DNA from: an uncultured bacterium
Lineage (GTDB): Bacteria > Patescibacteriota > Minisyncoccia > Phycocordibacterales > GWA1-40-21
Direction: 5' to 3'
Assembly (NCBI GenBank): GCA_903831595.1
Contig: CAIKXY010000013.1
Span: forward strand, 6,793 to 70,792
DNA length: 64,000 bases
A model generated the notes under the pieces. It did no database searches and was not told the DNA's origin. It saw only the letters and a program-made list of their open reading frames with translations. Each line of letters opens with the position of its first letter. Position 1 is the stretch's first letter. This document shows, piece by piece, positions 9,697-18,971 of the stretch. The position numbers and the translations under genes were made by a program.

Positions 9697-10251
9697 ATGG
9701 GAACTATATTGTTAATTATTTTGATAGTGGTTGTATTGTGGGGTGTTTTTAGCTACAACAAGTTTGTGACCCTTATAAATAGAGCAAAAGAAGCGTGGTC
9801 AGATATCGATGTACAATTAAAAAGAAGATACGATCTTATACCAAATCTTGTAAATACAGTAAAAGGTTATGCAACTCATGAAAGTGATGCTTTTGAAAAT
9901 GTTACAAAAGCTAGAGCTCAAGCAATGGGTGCGCAGAACATAGTTGATAAAGGGAAAACAGAAAATATGCTAGCAAGTGCATTGAAATCTGTTTTTGCAG
10001 TAGCGGAAGCTTATCCAGATTTAAAAGCAAATCAAAACTTTCTTTCTTTACAATCCGAACTTTCAGATACAGAAAATAAAATACAGGCAGCAAGAAGATT
10101 TTATAATGGTAATGTTAGAGACTTGAATATTGCCGTTGATTCATTCCCAAGCAATATAGTTTCAAATATTTTTCATTTTGTGAAAATGGAACTCTTTACT
10201 CTAGATGAGGGTGAAGCAGCTGCGAAGCAACCGGTTGAGGTTAAGTTTTAA
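9697..10251 (+). CDS. lemA: LemA family protein
   Basis: N-terminal TM plus the conserved stretch NRAKEAWSDIDVQLKRRYDLIPNLVNTVKGYATHE. Confidence 0.8.
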   Translation: MGTILLIILIVVVLWGVFSYNKFVTLINRAKEAWSDIDVQLKRRYDLIPNLVNTVKGYATHESDAFENVTKARAQAMGAQNIVDKGKTENMLASALKSVFAVAEAYPDLKANQNFLSLQSELSDTENKIQAARRFYNGNVRDLNIAVDSFPSNIVSNIFHFVKMELFTLDEGEAAAKQPVEVKF

Positions 10252-10255
10252 TTAA

Positions 10256-10284
10256 AAAACCGGCGATAAAGCCGGTTTTTTTAA
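10256..10284 (+). terminator. Intrinsic terminator (aaccggcgataaagccggtt + T-run)
   Basis: Perfect GC-rich hairpin followed by TTTTTTT. Confidence 0.7.
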
Positions 10285-10287
10285 ACG

Positions 10288-11172
10288 ATGAATAACATTC
10301 AAAACAAAAGCATAACTATAGAAGATATAAATCAGCTCAAAATACAATCGGTTATTGTTCTAATGAAGGAACACACCAAAAAACATTTTATTTTTTATAT
10401 TGTTTTACCTGTATTAAGCATTGTTTTATTTTTTTTATTATTAAGTTTTTTTTTCCAATTGAAAGATTTGCTTTTTGGAAGTAACTTCATCATATTATTT
10501 TTACCTTTTCTTCCTTCGCTAATACTATATTCCTTTTTGTATTATAAAAAAAACAGGGAATTTTTTACTTCATTTGCTAAACAATTAGGTTTTTCATTTT
10601 CTCAAAACGGAGATATGTCATCGGTTGAAGGAATGCTTTTTAAGGCCGGAAGAGCACAGACAATTTGTAATGTGATAGCTGGTACATATTATAATCATTT
10701 AACTAGATTTTATAATTTTCAGACAACTATTGGATATGGAAAAAGCCAACACTCTGAGTCATTCATGGTTTTAGAGGTTACATTCGATACATTATTACCA
10801 GAAATAATTTTGAATAGAAAATTTTGGATTTTTTCTGATATGACAATACAAAGAGATAATGAAAGAAAAATCTCACTTGAGGGCGATTTTGATAAATATT
10901 TTAATTTATACACCGTTGAAGGATATGAAAATGAAGTTTTACAAATTTTTACTCCAGAAATTATGAAAATATTTATGTATGACACAAAAGAACTTAATGT
11001 CGAAATGTTTAAAAATAGAATGTACATATATTCCAGGTCATTTTCGGCAGATATGAAAGGTCTCATTAAATTTTATGATTTTGGAAAGGATGTCATTATT
11101 AATCTTGACCAAAGATTAAAAAATTTAAAAGGTGATGTAAGTGCAATGGAAAAATATATTAAACTTACTTAA
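10288..11172 (+). CDS. Membrane protein of unknown function (two N-terminal TMs; LemA-associated, DUF3137-like context)
   Basis: 294 aa, hydrophobic N-terminus, sits between lemA and htpX. Family assignment is an inference from gene context only. Confidence 0.4.
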   Translation: MNNIQNKSITIEDINQLKIQSVIVLMKEHTKKHFIFYIVLPVLSIVLFFLLLSFFFQLKDLLFGSNFIILFLPFLPSLILYSFLYYKKNREFFTSFAKQLGFSFSQNGDMSSVEGMLFKAGRAQTICNVIAGTYYNHLTRFYNFQTTIGYGKSQHSESFMVLEVTFDTLLPEIILNRKFWIFSDMTIQRDNERKISLEGDFDKYFNLYTVEGYENEVLQIFTPEIMKIFMYDTKELNVEMFKNRMYIYSRSFSADMKGLIKFYDFGKDVIINLDQRLKNLKGDVSAMEKYIKLT

Positions 11173-12073
11173 AAATATGGCAACACTTTATACACAACAA
11201 TCTAAAAATGTTACCAAAACTTGGTTATTGATGACCTTGTTTTTTGTAGTAGTTATTTTTTTGGGATACTTTATTTCATATTACTACAATAGCCCAGGAA
11301 TTTTATATTTTGCCTTAATATTTAGTATTGTTATGAATATAATGAGCTATTGGTATTCAGACAAAATAGTTTTATCTATGTCAAAAGCGACTGAAGCGGG
11401 GCATGATGAATATATAGACCTATACAATATTGTTGAAAATCTTTCTATTACCGCTGGTTTACCGATGCCAAAAGTTTATATTATTGATGATGCGTCCCCA
11501 AACGCTTTTGCTACTGGGCGAAACAAAGAGCATGCCGTGGTTGTTGTGACAACTGGATTATTGGGAATATTAAATAAAACTGAACTTGAAGGTGTAATCG
11601 CGCACGAGCTTTCTCACATAGGAAATAGAGACATTTTGCTTTCCACAGTTGTTGTGGTGCTTGTTGGTTTTATTTCAATTCTAGCTAATATTTTTATGCG
11701 CGGAAGTTTTCTCGGAGGTGGTAGAAGCAGAGAAAAAAATGAAGCCGGAAGTATTTTTATGATAATAGGAATTATTTTTTTAATTCTTTCACCAATTGTC
11801 GCAAAATTAATACAACTTGCGATTTCAAGAAAAAGAGAATTTCTTGCCGATGCATCGGGTGCTCTGCTTACTAGATATCCAGATGGACTTGCCTCAGCCC
11901 TGCAAAAGATATCAAATGCAAATATTCCAATGAGAAATACAAATAATGCAACTGCACATCTTTTTATCGCAAATCCTTTTGGAGGTGAAGGCAGAAAAAT
12001 CTCAAATTTATTTAGCACACATCCACCGGTTGAAGAGAGGATAGAAGCACTTACTGGGATGAATAATAAATAA
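11141..12073 (+). CDS. htpX: Zinc metalloprotease HtpX (M48 family)
   Basis: HEXXH in GVIAHELSHIGNRD, TM helices flanking the active site, C-terminal STHPPVEERI as in HtpX. Confidence 0.8.
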   Translation: MQWKNILNLLKNMATLYTQQSKNVTKTWLLMTLFFVVVIFLGYFISYYYNSPGILYFALIFSIVMNIMSYWYSDKIVLSMSKATEAGHDEYIDLYNIVENLSITAGLPMPKVYIIDDASPNAFATGRNKEHAVVVVTTGLLGILNKTELEGVIAHELSHIGNRDILLSTVVVVLVGFISILANIFMRGSFLGGGRSREKNEAGSIFMIIGIIFLILSPIVAKLIQLAISRKREFLADASGALLTRYPDGLASALQKISNANIPMRNTNNATAHLFIANPFGGEGRKISNLFSTHPPVEERIEALTGMNNK

Positions 12074-12120
12074 TTTTGATTGAAAAACTTTTTTATTTGA
12101 GTAGTATAAAATTGTTTTAC

Positions 12121-12205
12121 GGAGACGTCGCATAGTGGTCTAGTGCGTTCGCTTGGAAAGCGAATGGGGTGAAAGCTCCCGCGAGTTCGAATCTCGCCGT
12201 CTCCG
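12121..12205 (+). tRNA. tRNA-Ser (anticodon GGA), class II long variable arm
   Basis: Acceptor ggagacg/cgtctcc, anticodon stem ttcgc/gcgaa with loop ttGGAaa, T-loop ttcgaat. No encoded CCA. Confidence 0.8.
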
Positions 12206-12220
12206 CTCATAATATTTTAG

Positions 12221-13249
12221 TTGATTGTTATAAAAATTGATTTCATGATAAAATCAAATTATATGAATAAAGATTCAATAATAGTTTCTAATCTTACAAA
12301 AAAATTCTCTTTTCAAGTAAAAAATGCAAATTCAAACTGGCTAAAAAATATTTTTTTCCCAGGCAAAAAAGAAATTGTTGCTGTAAACAATATTTCTTTT
12401 TCAGTAAGAGCTGGTGAAAGAATAGCCTTTATAGGACCCAACGGCGCTGGAAAGTCCACGACAATTAAAATGCTTACTGGTATTTTGTTTCCAACTTCTG
12501 GAAAAATAAATATACTAGGTTTGGATCCAACGAATGATAGAAAAAAACTCGCTTATCAGATAGGAACAGTTTTCGGACAGCGCTCGCAACTTTTTCCAAA
12601 TCTTCCACTTACAGATTCACTAGAATTTTTTGGTGTTATGTATGATTTATCTGATGATGATATAAAAAAGAGAATTGCTGAACTTATTAAATTATTTGAT
12701 TTAGGTTCTTTTATTGAGCAGCCCGTTCGTAAATTATCACTTGGTCAAAGGATGAGGGCAGAAGTAGCCGCATCTCTTATTCACAAGCCAAAAATAATAT
12801 TGCTTGATGAGCCTACAATTGGTCTTGATGTTGTAGCAAAAAAATCATTACGTGATTTGTTGCTAAAGATAAATAAAGAAGAAAATACAACAATATTTTT
12901 GACTTCACACGACGTTGGCGATGTTGAATTTTTATGTGAAAGAACAATTGTTATTAACCACGGAGAGATTATTAAAGATTTGCCAACAGAAGAATTATCA
13001 AAAACTTTCGTTAGTGAAAAGTACATTGATTTAATTCCAGAAAAAATATTTACAGTTTTTCCAGATTTACCAGCGGGGATAAGATATTCTCTTAAAGATA
13101 AAGATAAAATCACTGTTATTGTTGACGTAAAAATAATTGATGTTCAAGAATCATTGAGACAATTACTTAGCACTTTTAAAGTTGAAGATATTGATGTCTA
13201 TAATGTTGATTTAGAGACAGTTATTAGAAATATTTATGAAAGGAATTAG
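12221..13249 (+). CDS. ABC transporter ATP-binding protein (ABC-2 type)
   Basis: Walker A GPNGAGKST, signature LSLGQRMR, Walker B ILLDEPTIGLD. Confidence 0.8.
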   Translation: MIVIKIDFMIKSNYMNKDSIIVSNLTKKFSFQVKNANSNWLKNIFFPGKKEIVAVNNISFSVRAGERIAFIGPNGAGKSTTIKMLTGILFPTSGKINILGLDPTNDRKKLAYQIGTVFGQRSQLFPNLPLTDSLEFFGVMYDLSDDDIKKRIAELIKLFDLGSFIEQPVRKLSLGQRMRAEVAASLIHKPKIILLDEPTIGLDVVAKKSLRDLLLKINKEENTTIFLTSHDVGDVEFLCERTIVINHGEIIKDLPTEELSKTFVSEKYIDLIPEKIFTVFPDLPAGIRYSLKDKDKITVIVDVKIIDVQESLRQLLSTFKVEDIDVYNVDLETVIRNIYERN

Positions 13250-14036
13250 GCTATCAAAAAAAATAGTTGCCACTCTTGTAAAAGATCAAGTAAATTATCC
13301 AAGTAGACTTATTATTGACACATTTGGCCTAATTGCTCGTTGCGGGATATTATTAATTTTATATTGGTATATTTTTAAAATAAATGGCGGTGTTCTTAAT
13401 GGTACAACTTTTATTTTTACAGCATGGAGTATTTTTTTCTATTTTTCATTTTCAGTACTGCGTTTGAGAGATATATCAAGATTAATTATGCAAGATATTC
13501 AATCTGGTAATATTGAAGTTTTGTTTAGTAAGCCTATGTCATACCTTTTTTATCGTATTTGGTGGCAGGTTGGCCTTGGCGTTTATTCTTTTGTAGTAAT
13601 TAATTTTTTTGCAACTATTATTTTAATATTAATGCTTGGTATACCAAGCACAATGACAATCGGTATTTTTATTCCGACTTACATATTGACTTTTATTTTT
13701 TCGGCGGTTCTTTCTTTGCTTTTATATACCGTTGTTGGTTTATTGTCATTTTGGATTGATGATATAAATCCGATATATTGGATCGTTGATAAAGCAGTTA
13801 TGATTTTGGGTGGCTCGTATCTTCCAATCGCACTTTTTCCAGTATTGATGTACAAAATTGCATTATATAGTCCATTTGGCGCAACATTATTTGTTACACA
13901 CACAGTATCAGAATCTTGGAAGACAAATTGGTATCAGCTCGTTGGTATTCAGTTTATTTGGATAGTTATATTTGTCATACTTACGTTTATTATGTTTAAA
14001 AAAGCAAAACAAAGAGTATCGGTTAATGGGGGATAA
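13236..14036 (+). CDS. ABC-2 family transporter permease
   Basis: 266 aa polytopic membrane protein directly after the ATPase gene. Confidence 0.5.
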   Translation: MKGIRLSKKIVATLVKDQVNYPSRLIIDTFGLIARCGILLILYWYIFKINGGVLNGTTFIFTAWSIFFYFSFSVLRLRDISRLIMQDIQSGNIEVLFSKPMSYLFYRIWWQVGLGVYSFVVINFFATIILILMLGIPSTMTIGIFIPTYILTFIFSAVLSLLLYTVVGLLSFWIDDINPIYWIVDKAVMILGGSYLPIALFPVLMYKIALYSPFGATLFVTHTVSESWKTNWYQLVGIQFIWIVIFVILTFIMFKKAKQRVSVNGG

Positions 14037-14841
14037 TTATATGAGCATAAAAAATGAAATAAAATTTGCGGTTTACGCAATAAAGAAAAATATCGAAAGT
14101 AGTGCTGAATTAAGGACTAGTTTCTTGATGAATGTTTTAGGAATGATGATAAATAACGTAGCTTTTATATTGCTTTGGATGTTTTTTGCTAAATCTGCTG
14201 GGCCTATTGGTGGTTGGACACCAATGGATATTATTGGAATGCAGGGCTTTCTTGCTATTAGTTATGGAATAGTACTGTCTGCTGGAAATGGAATACGTAA
14301 AGTTGCGGAGTATACTGCATCAGGAGCATTAGATAGGTTTATGTTGTCTCCCAAAAATCTATTAACAAGAATTGCCACATCCAGTATGAATGTTTCCGCA
14401 ATTGGAGATTTATTTTTTGGGATCGTCTGTATGACAATATATTCAATAGCTATTCATGTAAGTTTAATTCAGGTTTTTCTTATTTTTGCATTATTAATTA
14501 TTTCTATGGTTTCTTTTTTTTCAATAATAATTATTATATATTCAACAAGTTTTTTCTTTATAGATGCGAACAATGTCACGACTGGAATTTATGAATTGTA
14601 TTTTACACCGGCGCTTTTTCACGGTGGGGCATTTCAAGGAATTATGAGATTTGTTTTTACGTTTGTAGTTCCAACATTACTTATTGCTTCAATACCAGTT
14701 GAAATACTAAAAAATATTTCTTTAGATAAGCTTTTAATGATTTTTATTTTAACTATAGTGTGGTTATTGGTTTCGATTTTTATTTTTAATAAAGCTATCA
14801 GACGATATGAAAGTTCAAACCTCATGACTTTTGGTAATTAA
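13972..14841 (+). CDS. ABC-2 family transporter permease (second permease)
   Basis: 289 aa polytopic membrane protein in the same apparent operon. Confidence 0.5.
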   Translation: MSYLRLLCLKKQNKEYRLMGDNYMSIKNEIKFAVYAIKKNIESSAELRTSFLMNVLGMMINNVAFILLWMFFAKSAGPIGGWTPMDIIGMQGFLAISYGIVLSAGNGIRKVAEYTASGALDRFMLSPKNLLTRIATSSMNVSAIGDLFFGIVCMTIYSIAIHVSLIQVFLIFALLIISMVSFFSIIIIIYSTSFFFIDANNVTTGIYELYFTPALFHGGAFQGIMRFVFTFVVPTLLIASIPVEILKNISLDKLLMIFILTIVWLLVSIFIFNKAIRRYESSNLMTFGN

Positions 14842-14847
14842 ATAAAT

Positions 14848-15351
14848 ATGAAAATTAAAATATTTAAAGTAATTTCATTAATTGTTATTGTTTTAATATT
14901 TATTTTTATAATTTATTTCAAGTTTATAAAAATAAATAGAAATATTCAAAATACAGTAACAGACACATACCAAACAAATTGTGGTGAATATAAAAAGGGT
15001 GAGGTTGGTATTGAAAATAAAAAATTACCAGTAGTAATTGCTGACGATAAATGCAAAATCATATTAGGTTTATCGGGAAATACAAATCTAAATAATGGCG
15101 GGATGATTTTTATTTTTAAAAAAGCTGGAAATTATGGATTTTGGATGAAAGATATGAATTTTGCATTAGATATTTTATGGATAAATGACAATTATGAAAT
15201 CGTAGGCATTGAAAAATCCCTTTCGCCAAGTACTTACCCAAATTCTTTCGGACAAAAGTATTTTGCTAAATATGTTTTGGAAGTTTCTGCAGGATATTGT
15301 GAAAAAAATAATATTAAAGTTGGAGACAAATTAATTTTTAACCAGAATTAG
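14848..15351 (+). CDS. DUF192 domain protein (secreted/anchored)
   Basis: N-terminal TM, then NNGGMIFIFKK...GFWMKDMNFALDILWINDNYEIVGI resembling the DUF192 (COG1430) core. Confidence 0.45.
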   Translation: MKIKIFKVISLIVIVLIFIFIIYFKFIKINRNIQNTVTDTYQTNCGEYKKGEVGIENKKLPVVIADDKCKIILGLSGNTNLNNGGMIFIFKKAGNYGFWMKDMNFALDILWINDNYEIVGIEKSLSPSTYPNSFGQKYFAKYVLEVSAGYCEKNNIKVGDKLIFNQN

Positions 15352-15621
15352 TTTTTTTATTGATTTTAATAAAAATTTAATGAAAAAATGTCTCATAAAA
15401 GGCATTTTTTCATTAAATTTCTTGAAAGAAAAAACAGTTAGTAATTAAAAATAATTTTTTATTGCTAAAACATCTATATTTTTAAGCATGTAATTACACC
15501 AAGCTTTACAGTGTATAATTTTTAGTTTATTTTTTGTAAAAAAGTTGTTTTTCTGTTCTTTTTTATTCAATTTAGGTGTAAAATTATTTAGCAACTTTAT
15601 TAATTATTAATTTTTATTACA

Positions 15622-17895
15622 ATGGTCAAAACAGGAAGCGGGAGAGCAAATCTCATCACAAGTATTAAGAAAAGAGACGGACAAATTGTCCCTTTTAATT
15701 TGTCAAAAATCACATCAGCGATAAATAAAGCGATGACGGTTTGTGGTGAAGGGTCACCAGAAGAAGCTGAACTTGTTGCAAATAAAGTTTTGGCCGAGCT
15801 TGTAAAAATAGCTAAGAAATTCAAGGATTTTATGCCAGATGTTGAGGGTATTCAGGATATTGTTGAAAGAGAGCTTATCCTTAGCGAATATGTTAAATCA
15901 TCAAAAGAGTACATTATTTATAGACAGGAAAGGGCAAAGCTTAGAAGTGTTGGTATACAAGTTCCAGCAAAATTAAAAAAACTTACTGCTGATAGTAAAA
16001 AATATTTTAAAAATCAACTTGGGGAATTTGTTTATTATAGAACATATTCTAAATGGATTGATTCAGAGGCGCGCAGAGAAACATGGATTGAAACTGTCGA
16101 CAGGTATTTGTTTTTTATGAAAGATAAGCTCGGAAAGCTTGTAAAAGATTCTGAGTACCAAGATTTGAGAGAGGCAATTTTAAATCAAGAAGTCATGCCA
16201 TCGATGAGACTTTTGCAATTTGCTGGGTCTGCGGTTGATAGGACAAACGTCTGTGCTTACAATTGCTCTTTCATTGCTCCATCAGTGCTAACAGATTTTG
16301 CAGAAATAATGTATATCTCAATGTGTGGAACCGGCGTTGGTTTTTCAGTTGAAAGTCAAAATGTTCAATCACTCCCACAAATTAAATTTCAAACAGGAAA
16401 AAAATTGGCGAAACATATTGTCGGTGATAGCAAAGAGGGTTGGGCAGACGCATTAACTTTTGGTTTGAAAACTTGGTTTGATGGAAATGATGTTGAGTTT
16501 GATTATTCTCAAATTAGACCAGCGGGTGCAAGATTAAAAACAATGGGAGGAAAAGCTTCTGGTCCAGATCCACTAATTAGACTTATGAATTTGGTGAGAA
16601 CGAAAGTCTTAGCAAAGCAGGGGAGACGATTATCAAATATTGATGCGCACGATATTGTCTGTGCTATTGGAGATTGTGTAGTCGCTGGAGGTGTTAGAAG
16701 AAGCGCACTCATCTCTTTGTCTGATTTGGACGATGAAGCTATGAGAGACGCAAAAAAGGGCCAATTTTATCTTACAGAACCACAAAGAAGTATTGCCAAC
16801 AACTCAGCCGTTTATATACACAAACCATCAGCGACAGAGTTTTTTGATGAATGGATTGCACTTATGAAATCTGGTTCTGGTGAGAGAGGAATATTTAACA
16901 GAGGGAGCTTAGCAACCTCACTACCTGAGAGAAGATTGAAAAAGCTCGGTGGTTTCATTGGAAATCTGGGTACCAATCCATGTGGAGAAATCATTCTACA
17001 ATCAAAACAGTTTTGTAATCTTTCAGAAGTTGTTGCCAGAGCAAATGATACAGAAGCGGATTTAATTAGAAAAATGAAACTTGCAGCGCTTCTTGGAACA
17101 TATCAAGCGACACTTACAAACTTCCAATATCTATCAAAAGAATGGAAAGAGAATTGCGAAAAAGAAAGATTACTCGGAGTTTCTATCACCGGTCAGTGGG
17201 ATTGCGCTGTAGTTCGTAATGCAAAAGTGTTAACAAAACTAAGAAAAGAAGCAATTAAAGCAAATGAAAGTTTTGCAAAAAGATTTAAGATAAACCCATC
17301 GACTTGTGTTACTTGTGTGAAGCCATCAGGTACAGTTTCTCAAACAGTTGATTGTGCTTCTGGTATGCACCCAAGATATGCACCATTTTATATTCGCAGA
17401 ATCAGAATTGCAGCAACCGATTCTTTATTTAAAATGATTCGAGATCAGGGCGTTCCTTATCAGCCTGAAGTTGGGCAGTCAAAAGAAAATGCTACAACTT
17501 ATGTTTTTGAATTTCCAGTTAAGGCTCCAAAAGGTGCAGTAGTTAAGAATGATATTTCTGCAATAGATCAGCTTGAATTTTGGAAAATGGTTAAAATAAA
17601 TTATACAGAGCACAACCCATCAGTAACAATTTATGTAAGTGAAAGTGAATGGATTGAAGTAGCAAATTGGGTTTATACAAACTGGGATATTATTGGTGGG
17701 CTTTCGTTCTTACCAAGAAATGATCATATATACCAACTAGCTCCTTATGAAGAAATAAATGAAGCCAGATACAATGAGCTTGTAAAGAAAATTGGAAATA
17801 TTGATTTTTCGAAAATTATTACTTACGAAAAGACAGATGTTTCCGATATGAAAAAAGAGTTGGCTTGTGCTGGGGGAACGTGTGAAGTTGTATAA
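15622..17895 (+). CDS. nrdJ: Ribonucleotide reductase, class II (adenosylcobalamin-dependent NrdJ-type) with N-terminal ATP-cone
   Basis: The N-terminal segment looks like an ATP-cone (SIKKRDGQIVPFNLSKITSAINKA). It has the active-site finger loop GTNPCGEI and a C-terminal Cys pair, CAGGTCEV. There is no glycyl-radical motif, so it is not class III. Confidence 0.7.
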   Translation: MVKTGSGRANLITSIKKRDGQIVPFNLSKITSAINKAMTVCGEGSPEEAELVANKVLAELVKIAKKFKDFMPDVEGIQDIVERELILSEYVKSSKEYIIYRQERAKLRSVGIQVPAKLKKLTADSKKYFKNQLGEFVYYRTYSKWIDSEARRETWIETVDRYLFFMKDKLGKLVKDSEYQDLREAILNQEVMPSMRLLQFAGSAVDRTNVCAYNCSFIAPSVLTDFAEIMYISMCGTGVGFSVESQNVQSLPQIKFQTGKKLAKHIVGDSKEGWADALTFGLKTWFDGNDVEFDYSQIRPAGARLKTMGGKASGPDPLIRLMNLVRTKVLAKQGRRLSNIDAHDIVCAIGDCVVAGGVRRSALISLSDLDDEAMRDAKKGQFYLTEPQRSIANNSAVYIHKPSATEFFDEWIALMKSGSGERGIFNRGSLATSLPERRLKKLGGFIGNLGTNPCGEIILQSKQFCNLSEVVARANDTEADLIRKMKLAALLGTYQATLTNFQYLSKEWKENCEKERLLGVSITGQWDCAVVRNAKVLTKLRKEAIKANESFAKRFKINPSTCVTCVKPSGTVSQTVDCASGMHPRYAPFYIRRIRIAATDSLFKMIRDQGVPYQPEVGQSKENATTYVFEFPVKAPKGAVVKNDISAIDQLEFWKMVKINYTEHNPSVTIYVSESEWIEVANWVYTNWDIIGGLSFLPRNDHIYQLAPYEEINEARYNELVKKIGNIDFSKIITYEKTDVSDMKKELACAGGTCEVV

Positions 17896-17941
17896 AATTA
17901 AAAAAAAAAAGAAAGCCGTCGCGAGCGACGGCTTTTTTTTG
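17896..17941. terminator. Bidirectional intrinsic terminator (gccgtcgcgagcgacggc flanked by A-run and T-run)
   Basis: Sits between convergent nrdJ (+) and the Cys-rich gene (-). Confidence 0.7.
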
Positions 17942-18409
17942 TTATACAGCAAGTGTTTGTTTTTTTTCCCTTTTTAAGCATTTATTACACAAAGGCCTTC
18001 TTTTCTTATCATAACCTTGTATGTGTTTCTTTCTATTACATGAAGAGCATACCTTGTGTTTTGAAGTGTCATTTCTATAACCTTTCGCGTAGCAAGAATG
18101 ACATATTCTCCCATCTATACATCTTTTATGCACCGCTTTAATTTTTTTGCAAATTGTGCAACGGAAATGATTTTGTGGATTTTTTCTGAAAATGATTGAG
18201 TAACAACTTACACAAATTGCCTCTCCTTTTTTATTTCGTTTTTGAACATGTGCCTTTTTTCCACATCTGTAACATTTTTCGTGTAATGATTTGTTTTTGT
18301 ATTTAATCTTTTTATTGCAGGCTGGACAAATTTTTTTTCCACTCTTTTTGTTCCTATAAACCATTTTTTTGTATTTCCCGCAAATTTGACAAGTGTCAGA
18401 GCTTCTCAT
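17942..18409 (-). CDS. Lysine- and cysteine-rich protein made of five tandem CxxC...CxxC zinc-ribbon-like repeats
   Basis: 155 aa with about 20 Cys in a periodic C-x2-C-x(8-12)-C-x2-C pattern roughly every 28 aa, and more than 25% K/R. Confidence 0.5.
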   Translation of the reverse strand: MRSSDTCQICGKYKKMVYRNKKSGKKICPACNKKIKYKNKSLHEKCYRCGKKAHVQKRNKKGEAICVSCYSIIFRKNPQNHFRCTICKKIKAVHKRCIDGRICHSCYAKGYRNDTSKHKVCSSCNRKKHIQGYDKKRRPLCNKCLKREKKQTLAV

Positions 18410-18635
18410 TTAGCCTCCTTTGGCTACGTTGTAGTCAAAAAACATAAATCTAAAAACATAATACATCAATTTTTGTTAGAAGTCAATTAAGAGAAGGATT
18501 CTAGCATGGGTATTTAATTGTTTTTTACTTTGTATTAACTAGTAAAAAATTATCAAAGGTCTTTAAGTCCTCACGCAAACAAAAGCCTCTTATTGTTTCC
18601 TGACACATCAAAAAATCAGCTTTCGCTGATTTATT

Positions 18636-18662
18636 TGTGCACGGGAGAGGAGTCTTGACCAT
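18636..18662 (-). pseudogene. tRNA-Leu(UAG) 3'-end fragment (degenerate direct duplicate)
   Basis: tgtgcacgggagaggagtcttgacc duplicates the plus-strand image of the tRNA-Leu 3' end at 18813-18835. It has its own downstream hairpin at 18611-18636. Confidence 0.6.
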
Positions 18663-18812
18663 TACATGGTCAGTATAGTCTTCGTATTTTTTCGGATTAT
18701 TAAATCCTCAAAAATATGCTCAGACTTTTCAAGCCCTCTCACGCAAGCAAAGTAGTTTGCTTGCTCCTTAGCAAATGAAAAACCTCAGCAGAAAGCCGAG
18801 GTTTTTCATTTG

Positions 18813-18893
18813 TGCACGGGAGAGGACTTGAACCTCCATGCCTTGCGGCACTAGCTCCTAAGGCTAGCGTGTCTGCCATTTCACCACCCGTGC
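18813..18893 (-). tRNA. tRNA-Leu (anticodon UAG), class II
   Basis: Reverse-strand read gcacgggtggtgaaatggcagacacgctagcCTTAGGAgctag...ggttcaagtcctctcccgtgca. Acceptor and T-arm are canonical. Confidence 0.8.
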
Positions 18894-18898
18894 ATATG

Positions 18899-18971
18899 TG
18901 CGCCCAGTTGGAGTCGAACCAACGACCTTATCCTTAAGAGGGATTTGCTCTACCAGCTGAGCTATGGGCGC
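18899..18971 (-). tRNA. tRNA-Lys (anticodon CUU)
   Basis: Acceptor gcgccca/tgggcgc, D-stem gctc/gagc, anticodon loop ctCTTaa, T-arm gttgg-ttcgact-ccaac. One A.A mismatch at the top of the anticodon stem. Confidence 0.7.

Noticed and set aside
11614-12210. 198-aa minus-strand ORF overlapping htpX and tRNA-Ser
   Set aside because: It overlaps the HEXXH-bearing htpX frame and runs through a canonical tRNA gene. Antisense artefact.
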